Shown here piece after piece: positions 7,751 through 14,168 of a stretch of DNA of 24,000 nt. The notes below the pieces were generated by a model. It saw only the letters and a program-made list of their open reading frames with translations. It did not search any database and was not told the origin of the DNA. Source of the stretch: Dehalococcoidia bacterium (GTDB lineage Bacteria; Chloroflexota; Dehalococcoidia; Lucifugimonadales; CAZENU01); NCBI GenBank assembly GCA_965117035.1, contig OZ220748.1, positions 390,339 through 414,338 on the forward strand, written 5' to 3'. Position 1 is the first letter of the stretch. Each line of letters starts with the position of its first letter. The position numbers were made by a program, and so were the translations under genes.

Positions 7751-9301
7751 ATGGTGTTTCTGAACGTCTGGGTGGTCTCTGTCTTCGCGGCCTACTTCGC
7801 GGTGCTCATCGGCATCGCGGTGGTGCGGTCACGGCAGATGCGCGAGATGCAGGACTACGTGCTCGGCAGCCGGCGGCTGGGCGCGGCGACCTCCGCGCTG
7901 AGCGCGAGCTCGTCGGCGGTCAGCAGCGGCTCGATGCTGGTGGTGCCGGCGCTGGCGTTCGCGGACGGCGGGATGACGCTGTGGCTGGCGGGGAGCGTCT
8001 TCCTGGGAGCGATGCTCTCCTGGACTGTGTTGCCGCGGCGGCTGCGACGCTACACGTTCGCCGCCGGGAACTCGCTCACGATCTCGGAGTTTCTCGAGAG
8101 GCGGTTCGACGATCGGACGGGCGTCCTGAGGACGCTGGTGGCGGCGGTGACGCTGTTCTTCGTGATCGTCTACATCTCGTCCGGGCTGGTGGGCGGCTCG
8201 AAGCTGCTCGAGGAGACGTTCGGCCTGGAGCCCAACACGGGAATCGTCGTGACGCTGGTCGCGGTGGCGTCGTACACGCTGGTCGGCGGGTTCCTGGCGG
8301 TGTCGCGCACCGACGTCTTCCAGTCGCTCATCATGCTGGCCTCGTTCACCATCATCCCCGCCATGCTGCTGCACGTGACGGACAACCCGGTGACGGAGAT
8401 GGTGTCGGGCCGGTCGGACTTCCTGGACCCGTTCTCCGACGCGACTGGGGGCGCGCTGTCGTGGGTCTACGTGGCGTCGCTTCCGGGCTGGGCGCTGGGG
8501 GCGTTCGGCTCCCTGCGGGTGCTGCAGCGGTACATGGCGATCGAGGACGAGGCGCGGATTCCGGCGAGCCGCAACATAGGCGTCGCCTGGCTGTTCCTGA
8601 TCACCGTGTTCGGGCTGCTGATAGGCTGGGCGGCCCGCCCGGCGCTGGAGCAGGCGGGAATGCTGGCAGCGGCAGCGGACCCCGAGAAAGTGTACTTCGT
8701 GGTGACCGAGGCGTTCTTCCATCCGCTGGCGGCGGGCGTGCTGCTGTGCGGTGTCGTCGCGGCGGTGATGAGCACGGCAGACTCGCAGTTGCTGCTGGCC
8801 TCGGCGGTGGCCGCCGACGACATGCCCCTGTCGCGACGGTTGGCCCAGGCCATCCGGACGCGGTCGCGCATCTGGTTCGGGCGCATACTGCTGGTCGCGA
8901 TAGGGCTGGTCGCGATGGCTATCGCCATGTACAGGCCGGACTCGATCCTGGCGCTGGTGGCGCACGCCTTCGGCGGGATGGGCGCGGCGTTCGGCCCGTG
9001 CATCGTCCTGTCGCTGTACTGGCGGCGGTTCAACTACTGGGGCGCGCTGTCAGGAGTAGTGGCCGGGACGGCCGTGTCGTCGGTCTGGTGTTTCGCCGAG
9101 GGTGGCGTGTGGGACGTCATGGTGGGCACTCCGGGATTCGCGGCCGGCCTGGTCGCCGCGGTGGCGGCGACGCTGCTGACGCCCGCGCCGCCGTCGTCGG
9201 TCGTGGCGCTGTTCGACGAGGTGAATTCTCCGAAGCCGGGAGGGAGCCCCGGAGCGGCGCGCTACCCGGAGGGTCCTTCGTCGCGGGCCGCGCGGATGTA
9301 G
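7751..9301 (+). CDS. putP: Sodium/solute symporter (SSS family), PutP-like sodium/proline symporter
   Basis: Colinear with E. coli PutP as I recall it: DYVLGSRRLG versus DYILGGRSLG, and LVGGFLAVSRTDVFQSLIM versus IGGFLAVSWTDTVQASLM. GAAFGP is shared near the C-terminus. ATG at 7751 is preceded by AAGGAGGAGG (7731-7740). The 188-codon ORF-track extension upstream is non-membrane junk. Confidence 0.85.
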   Translation: MVFLNVWVVSVFAAYFAVLIGIAVVRSRQMREMQDYVLGSRRLGAATSALSASSSAVSSGSMLVVPALAFADGGMTLWLAGSVFLGAMLSWTVLPRRLRRYTFAAGNSLTISEFLERRFDDRTGVLRTLVAAVTLFFVIVYISSGLVGGSKLLEETFGLEPNTGIVVTLVAVASYTLVGGFLAVSRTDVFQSLIMLASFTIIPAMLLHVTDNPVTEMVSGRSDFLDPFSDATGGALSWVYVASLPGWALGAFGSLRVLQRYMAIEDEARIPASRNIGVAWLFLITVFGLLIGWAARPALEQAGMLAAAADPEKVYFVVTEAFFHPLAAGVLLCGVVAAVMSTADSQLLLASAVAADDMPLSRRLAQAIRTRSRIWFGRILLVAIGLVAMAIAMYRPDSILALVAHAFGGMGAAFGPCIVLSLYWRRFNYWGALSGVVAGTAVSSVWCFAEGGVWDVMVGTPGFAAGLVAAVAATLLTPAPPSSVVALFDEVNSPKPGGSPGAARYPEGPSSRAARM

Positions 9302-10443
9302 AGTGCCGTGGGCAGCGCGACGATGGCCACGGCCGCGCTGACGAAGAAGGGGGCGCCGAGTCCCGTGGCCATCTCGGCCGTCAGGCCGGAGACCCCCGAC
9401 CCTACGACGACGCCCAGCGAGTATACGGCGTAGAAGATGCCGAAGGCGATGCCCCTGCGGCGGCTGGACGCGACCTCCGAGACGGTCGTGCCCAGCGACG
9501 GGAACAGCAGGCCGAAGCCGAGGCCGAAGACGACCATCGCTCCCAGGGCAGGGACGGTCGCTCCGTCGGACGCGGCCAGGACGACGCCGCTACCGCAGAG
9601 GAGCGCGAGTCCCAGGAGCACCGCGAGCCTGCGCGATACCTGGTCGACCGCCCGGTGCGCCGGGCTTCCCATCACGACGGTCGCCACGAGCGAGAATGTC
9701 GCGAAGGCGATGCCGGAGATGCGGGGAGCGGCCCCGGCTGCCTCCAGGGCAATCGGGAGGTGGTTGATGAGGGCGCCGATGCAGAACGTCATCGCGATGA
9801 GCGCGCAGAACACCGGCGCCAGCCGGCGCCACATCTCCGTCGATGGGCGTGTGCCGTCCGCGTCCGGACGTTCCGTGGGTGCGACCGACGCTCCGGGCAC
9901 GCGCACGAGGAACACGACGGCGGCGACGAGCATCAGCGTGCCGCTCGTGGCGAACACGGCCCCGAAGTCCCAGATGTCCCGGATCAACGCGGCGGCCGGA
10001 GGGCCTATGACTGCGGAGACGGCGATGAGGGCGCCGGTCATGCCGATGGAGCGGGTCTGGTGTCGGCTCGCGCGGTCGCCGAGCATCGCGAACGCGCCGG
10101 GCGCCAGCACGCCCGCGGCCAGGCCGTGGAACGCGCGGAGCGCGAGTAGCTGGCCCGGCGTCGACACGAACGCGTAGAGGTAGAGCGACACCGCGGTCAG
10201 CAGCATCCCGGCGGCGACCAGTCGCCTGCGGTCCAGCCTGTCGAGCAGCGCGCCCGCGCCGACGTTGCCGATGAGGTTGGACGCCGAGTACATCCCGACG
10301 ATGGCGCCGCCCATCGACGCCGACGCCCCGAGCGACTTCGCGTAGGCCGAGATCACGGGCAACTGCATGAACAGGTCGAGGAACGCGACGAGCACAACGG
10401 CCCGGATGGCCCAGGTAGTGGATAGTGGATAGTGGATAGTCAA
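9262..10443 (-). CDS. MFS transporter
   Basis: Twelve-TM-like hydrophobic profile. The MFS loop motif is LLDRLDRRRL (the G-x-L-x-D-R-x-G-R-R region) after TM2. The 3' end overlaps putP by 40 nt (convergent). The start is unresolved: TTG 10443 or GTG 10530, and both lie in or upstream of the heptamer repeat array; GTG 10395 would truncate TM1. Confidence 0.8.
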   Translation of the reverse strand: MTIHYPLSTTWAIRAVVLVAFLDLFMQLPVISAYAKSLGASASMGGAIVGMYSASNLIGNVGAGALLDRLDRRRLVAAGMLLTAVSLYLYAFVSTPGQLLALRAFHGLAAGVLAPGAFAMLGDRASRHQTRSIGMTGALIAVSAVIGPPAAALIRDIWDFGAVFATSGTLMLVAAVVFLVRVPGASVAPTERPDADGTRPSTEMWRRLAPVFCALIAMTFCIGALINHLPIALEAAGAAPRISGIAFATFSLVATVVMGSPAHRAVDQVSRRLAVLLGLALLCGSGVVLAASDGATVPALGAMVVFGLGFGLLFPSLGTTVSEVASSRRRGIAFGIFYAVYSLGVVVGSGVSGLTAEMATGLGAPFFVSAAVAIVALPTALYIRAARDEGPSG

Positions 10444-10477
10444 GATAGTGGATAGTGAATAGTGGATAGTTGGGAAG
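10417..10477. repeat. Heptamer array (AGTGGAT)n, left arm of the inverted repeat flanking the four-helix-bundle gene
   Basis: AGTGGAT occurs three times perfectly (10417-10437), followed by degenerate units (AGTCAAG, AGTGGAT, AGTGAAT, AGTGGAT, AGTTGGG). The array abuts the TAA stop of the 10478-10831 gene. It is complementary to the array at 10826-10878. Confidence 0.9.
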
Positions 10478-10831
10478 TTAGGGGCGGAGGGATTTGACGA
10501 GGCCGGTGAGGAGTCTGCCGGTTTCGTCACAGAGTTTCAACGCATCGTCTGAGGTTGGTTTGGGCAAGAGATCCAAGTTGCGGCACAGCGTCAGGAGCGT
10601 CTCCAATTCTGCCAGCGAGCCTCGTGCGACGCCGAGGAAATGGAGGAACTCCCCGGTCCCGTGCCTGGCCTGACCCTCCGCGATGTTTGCAGGAATGGAC
10701 ACTGCCGCCCGCGTCAACTGCGACCGGATTCCATACGTCTCTTCCTTCGGTAACAGCCGCGCACAGCGGTAGATCGCTTCGGCGAGGCTCATCGACTTCT
10801 GCCAGGCGACGAGCTCCCCGTAACTATTCAC
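10478..10831 (-). CDS. Four-helix-bundle protein (23S rRNA intervening-sequence protein family, PF05635/TIGR02436; same fold family as DGR Avd)
   Basis: 117 aa with the family hallmarks ELVAWQKSMSLAEAIY, YGIRSQLTRAAVSIPANIAEGQAR and FLHFLGVARGSLAELETLL. The GTG start at 10831 lies inside a repeat unit (GTGAATAGT). Confidence 0.9.
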   Translation of the reverse strand: MNSYGELVAWQKSMSLAEAIYRCARLLPKEETYGIRSQLTRAAVSIPANIAEGQARHGTGEFLHFLGVARGSLAELETLLTLCRNLDLLPKPTSDDALKLCDETGRLLTGLVKSLRP

Positions 10832-10878
10832 TATCCACTATCCACTATCCACTATCCCACTACTCCCACTACTCCCCC
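10826..10878. repeat. Heptamer array (ATCCACT)n, right arm of the inverted repeat, then CCCACTACT x2
   Basis: CACTATCCACTATCCACTATCCACTATCC is the reverse complement of the left-arm units. At least 24 nt of perfect complementarity exist with 10417-10440. The array ends 1 nt from the stop (10879) of the upstream gene. Confidence 0.9.
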
Positions 10879-11364
10879 CTACATGAAATGGCTGTAGTGG
10901 CCGACGATTATCTCCATCTGCATCTGGTCCCAGGCCTCGCGCTTTTCGGTGATCTTCTGCTCCATGATGCCGACGTCGCCGACGAAGTGGTCGTTCCAGA
11001 GGCCGTCGCCGAACTGCATGGCGTCGACGAGGCGTCCGAAGCCCTCGAGGATCATGCCGTTGGCGCGCTGCAGGTCGATGATGGACAGGCAGACGCCCTC
11101 GTACTCGGCGTCGTCTGGAGGCTCGGTCAGGTAGTAGACGCGCATCTCGACGCCGCTTGAGGCTGGCTTCGTATTGTGGAACAGGACGCTCATGGCGGGA
11201 CCGCCGGTGGTCTCCATCCTCTCCCAGTCGCAGTCCTCGTCCTGCAGGTACCGCTCCAGCTCCGCCTCGTCCCTGCGCTTCATCAAGTGCATCGTCCCGA
11301 AGAACGCGGCGACGATGGCCAGTGCGAACAGGACTATTCCGACAACTACGTAGACTACGAGCAC
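10879..11364 (-). CDS. Hypothetical single-pass membrane-anchored protein (161 aa)
   Basis: GTG at 11364 is preceded by GGAGAGGAG at good spacing. The N-terminal TM helix is LVVYVVVGIVLFALAIVAAFF, followed by an acidic soluble domain. I recognise no family. The ORF-track extension to 11481 is Arg/Pro-rich. Confidence 0.65.
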   Translation of the reverse strand: MLVVYVVVGIVLFALAIVAAFFGTMHLMKRRDEAELERYLQDEDCDWERMETTGGPAMSVLFHNTKPASSGVEMRVYYLTEPPDDAEYEGVCLSIIDLQRANGMILEGFGRLVDAMQFGDGLWNDHFVGDVGIMEQKITEKREAWDQMQMEIIVGHYSHFM

Positions 11365-11624
11365 GGCAGTGTCTCCTCTCCGCAGGACTCCGCCGCGGGC
11401 CGGGGGTCTGCGCCGACGCCGCGGGGGCGTTCCAATGGTACCACCCGGCGGGGCGACGGCGTTTGTCGCGGCCCGCCGCAATTGTGGATGTCTGGCCCTC
11501 GGAATTGTGGCGCGTGGCGCGCCGACCGACGAGGCGATGCGTTCGGAGCCGCTTCCGCGACCCCACGTGGGAAACAGGCGCGGCAGACGGCAGTGTGTGC
11601 CTTCGGCCCATCCGGGCGCCGCAG

Positions 11625-11753
11625 CCCCCTGGATTCCCGACTGCAGAAACTACTGTATCACCGTCATTCCCGCGCAGGCGGGAATCCAGGGGCGGGGGCC
11701 TTCCAGATACGAAGACGACGCATCTGTTACCCACAGGTGGAGTTACGCAAAGG
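11625..11753. repeat. MITE/REP-like element copy B (reverse orientation) plus an adjacent partial core forming a large palindrome
   Basis: The reverse complement of 11660-11753 reads TTTGCGTAACTCCA...CCCCTGGATTCCCGCCTGCGCGGGAATGACGGT and aligns end-to-end with copy A. 11625-11646 (CCCCTGGATTCCCGACTGCAG) is a degenerate core in the opposite orientation. Confidence 0.8.
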
Positions 11754-11890
11754 TCTCACCACACGGGAAGGATGGTTGTGCGGAGGTTTCAGCTCGCCGT
11801 GGTGACCGTCGTGCCTGAGTCTCCGCCGACAGGAACACCATCCGCGCATCCCGTTTCCGTGGAGACCGGAACCCCGCCAAGCGCCTCCAC

Positions 11891-11923
11891 GCCCTGGGTT
11901 CCCGCCTGCGCGGGAATGACGGT
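11891..11923. repeat. MITE/REP-like element core, copy C (same orientation as copy A)
   Basis: GCCCTGGGTTCCCGCCTGCGCGGGAATGACGGT is identical to the core at 7058-7090. Weaker similarity extends roughly 50 nt upstream. Confidence 0.8.
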
Positions 11924-12017
11924 CAGGCAGGGGCCTCCGTGCGGTGCAATGGCGGTAATGCGGCGGCGCACGTCGTGATCGGGGGCGAGGGATATGGCGT
12001 CGAGATGCGGTCGCGGG

Positions 12018-12887
12018 TCAGGCGACGCCGAGCTCTTTGAGCCTGTCGGCCATGCGCCTGATGCGGGGGCGGTCGGACTCGAGGAAGGCGTCCTCGTGTG
12101 CCTGGTCGCGCTGCCGGAACTGGATGGCCTGCTGCGCTCCCATCGTGGTCCTGTGCATCTCCTGGATCGCGTCTTCCTGGGCCTGTGTTGTGGGATTCGA
12201 GAAATAGTTCAGGGTGAACATGCGCCTCCCGGTGCGTCCGCCCCAGGAGCCGTGGTAGAGGTGCTGGTCGAAGAAGACGACGTCGCCCGGGTTGGACTCG
12301 ACGGCGTAGCCGGGCAGGTCGGGCTGCTCCGCGCCGAAGACGGGCTTGTTCGGATCGAGGCCCTTCTCCAGGTACGGCTTCAGCGCCTCCTCGGTCTGCC
12401 TGCCCTCCGCTATGGTCTGCAGCGTCCGCCACATCCTGAGCGGCCTGAGCTGGTCGTGGAACGGCAGCCGGTGGGAGCCGGGGATGAAGCGGATGCAGCC
12501 GCTGTCTCGCGTGACCGGGTCGAGGTAGAAGGCGACCTTGATGCGGCCGTGGCCGAGCTCCGGCTCGTGAGCGTCCGGGTGCCATGCGGTGTCGCCGACG
12601 TAGAGGTTGCCGTCGGAGCCCCACCAGAGGAAGTCAGGCCCGAGGAGCTGCTCCATCGGCTCGTAGATGCGGTCGTCGTCCAGCAGGCTGAGCAGCTTGG
12701 GGCGCTGCTCGGCGAAGGCCATGACGGCCTGCCGCTTCTCGCCGCGGAACGGCTTTCCCTGTCGCTCCTCGGCCAGGACGTCCTCGAACTCGCGCTCGAT
12801 CTCGGCCATCTCGTCCGGGGAGAAGAGCCCCGGCAGGGCGATGAACCCGAAGGTCTTGAAGTGCAGCACCTGCTGGTCGTTCAGCAT
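12018..12887 (-). CDS. Phytanoyl-CoA dioxygenase (PhyH) family Fe(II)/2-oxoglutarate-dependent oxygenase
   Basis: 289 aa. The N-terminal LNDQQVLHFKTFGFIALPGLFS is typical of PhyH-family proteins. The HxD iron ligands are in TAWHPDAH and the distal His is in FFDQHLYHGSWG. Confidence 0.8.
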   Translation of the reverse strand: MLNDQQVLHFKTFGFIALPGLFSPDEMAEIEREFEDVLAEERQGKPFRGEKRQAVMAFAEQRPKLLSLLDDDRIYEPMEQLLGPDFLWWGSDGNLYVGDTAWHPDAHEPELGHGRIKVAFYLDPVTRDSGCIRFIPGSHRLPFHDQLRPLRMWRTLQTIAEGRQTEEALKPYLEKGLDPNKPVFGAEQPDLPGYAVESNPGDVVFFDQHLYHGSWGGRTGRRMFTLNYFSNPTTQAQEDAIQEMHRTTMGAQQAIQFRQRDQAHEDAFLESDRPRIRRMADRLKELGVA

Positions 12888-12902
12888 CGTGGGCCTCCGT
12901 TT

Positions 12903-14051
12903 CTACTGGTCCACTACCGAGCCGTCGACGTTGAGCCGGGTGCTTACCTCTCGCGGCGTCGGCGGGTACTTTTCCTGGGCGTCGTCTGCGAGCTCGATGC
13001 CGATGCCCGGCGCGTCCGGGACGACCAGGAAGCCGTCCTCCAGTTCCAGCGGCGTCTTGACGATCTCGCTCTTTGGCGGCTCGTGCTCGCCGGCGGGGTA
13101 CTCCTGGATGGCGAAGTTGGGGATGCACGCCGCAAGCTGGAGGCAGGCCGCGGTGCTGACCGGGCTGAGCGGGTTGTGGGGCACGACGCCGACGTAGTGC
13201 GCCTCGGCGACGGCCGCGATCTTCTTGCTGTGCGTGAGGCCGCCGGCCAGGCAGACGTCGGGCCGGACGTACTGGACGGCGCCGCGGCTGAGCAGCATCT
13301 GGAACTCGTGCACCGTGTGAAAGCGCTCCCCGGTGGCTATGGGGATCGAGATGTTCTGGGCCACGAGCCCCATCGCGTCGAAGTTGTCGGGTAGGATCGG
13401 GTCCTCGTAGAAGAGGGGGTGATACGGCTCGATGCCTTTCGCCAGCGTTATCGCCTCCGCCGGGGTCAGGCGGCGGTGGATTTCGATGCACAAATCGACG
13501 TCGTCGCCGGCCGCCTCGCGGTAGGCGGCCACGGCCTCGATGGCGTCTCGCATCTTGTCCGCGTGGGTCTTGAAGAAGGGCACCTCGGTCGGCTCGTCGA
13601 GGAACGGAGTCAGGTGGCCGACCGCCGTGAACCCGGCCTCCCTGGCGTCCTTCACGCCCTGCACGAGCTTCTCCCTGGTGTCGCCGAAGACGTGGTAGTA
13701 GACGCGCGCCCTGTCCCTCGTCTTGCCGCCCATTAGCTGGTAGACGGGGACGCCGAAGTGCTTTCCGGCGATGTCCCACAGGGCTATGTCGAGGGCGCTG
13801 ATCGCGCCCATGATGGCGGCGCCGCGGAAATGGCTGAACCTGTACATGTACTGCCAGTGGTGCTCGATCCGCAGCGGGTCCTCGCCGATGAGGTAGCGTC
13901 CGAGCTTGTCGATGGCCGCCTGCGACGCCTCGAGGAAGCCCCACGCGCCAGACTCGCCCACACCCGTTATCCCAGCGTCGGTGTGGACCTTCGCGAACAG
14001 GTACCTGTCGACGGGTATCGACTCGACTGCGGTGATCTTCATGGGCGGCAT
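12903..14051 (-). CDS. Enolase-superfamily acid-sugar dehydratase, D-galactonate dehydratase (DgoD)-like
   Basis: Colinear with E. coli DgoD as I recall it: MKIT start, GxGE, ALWDIAGK. The catalytic and metal residues are conserved in context: DLCIEIHRR (D/H), FYEDP (E), ATGERF (E), PHNPLSPV (H). The start is ATG 14051 (MPPMKIT) or ATG 14042 (MKIT). The ORF-track extension to 14906 is antisense junk. Confidence 0.88.
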   Translation of the reverse strand: MPPMKITAVESIPVDRYLFAKVHTDAGITGVGESGAWGFLEASQAAIDKLGRYLIGEDPLRIEHHWQYMYRFSHFRGAAIMGAISALDIALWDIAGKHFGVPVYQLMGGKTRDRARVYYHVFGDTREKLVQGVKDAREAGFTAVGHLTPFLDEPTEVPFFKTHADKMRDAIEAVAAYREAAGDDVDLCIEIHRRLTPAEAITLAKGIEPYHPLFYEDPILPDNFDAMGLVAQNISIPIATGERFHTVHEFQMLLSRGAVQYVRPDVCLAGGLTHSKKIAAVAEAHYVGVVPHNPLSPVSTAACLQLAACIPNFAIQEYPAGEHEPPKSEIVKTPLELEDGFLVVPDAPGIGIELADDAQEKYPPTPREVSTRLNVDGSVVDQ

Positions 14052-14052
14052 T

Positions 14053-14086
14053 ATAGTGGATAGTGAATAGTGGATAGTTGGGGAGT
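14053..14086. repeat. Solo copy of the heptamer-cassette end
   Basis: ATAGTGGATAGTGAATAGTGGATAGTTGGG (14053-14082) is 30/30 identical to 10445-10474, and 33/34 identical through 14086. It lies in the 117-bp divergent intergenic region and directly abuts the dehydratase start. Confidence 0.9.
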
Positions 14087-14168
14087 GAATCGCGGCGTTG
14101 ACAGCTTGGGGGCGAAAACCTAGAGTACGGGCTCCGAACATCCCATAGTCGAGAGGCGAGGTACAAAC

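Noticed and set aside
7561-10149. 862-aa ORF on the plus strand, the longest in the track
   Set aside because: It is out of frame across putP and antisense to the MFS gene. Its composition is extreme in Arg/Gly/Ala/Asp (RRGRDRR, GGGDAADARAA), typical of off-frame reading in high-GC DNA. Both overlapped genes have strong family motifs.
10417-10878. Whether the heptamer arrays or the cassette are a CRISPR array or a diversity-generating retroelement
   Set aside because: The repeat unit is 7 nt with no spacers, so this is not CRISPR. The protein is Avd-like, but the window contains no reverse transcriptase and no template/variable repeat pair with A-to-N differences.
10400-10900. Whether this is a real 23S rRNA intervening sequence (rRNA gene nearby)
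   Set aside because: Flanking sequence encodes an MFS transporter and a membrane protein. No conserved 23S rRNA sequence is recognisable anywhere in the window.
11789-11971. 60-aa ORF (...LTVIPAQAGTQG...), and the small ORFs at 17077-17491
   Set aside because: They are translations of the MITE/REP-like repeats (VIPAQAG, LTPALSRRGRGG peptides), not genes.
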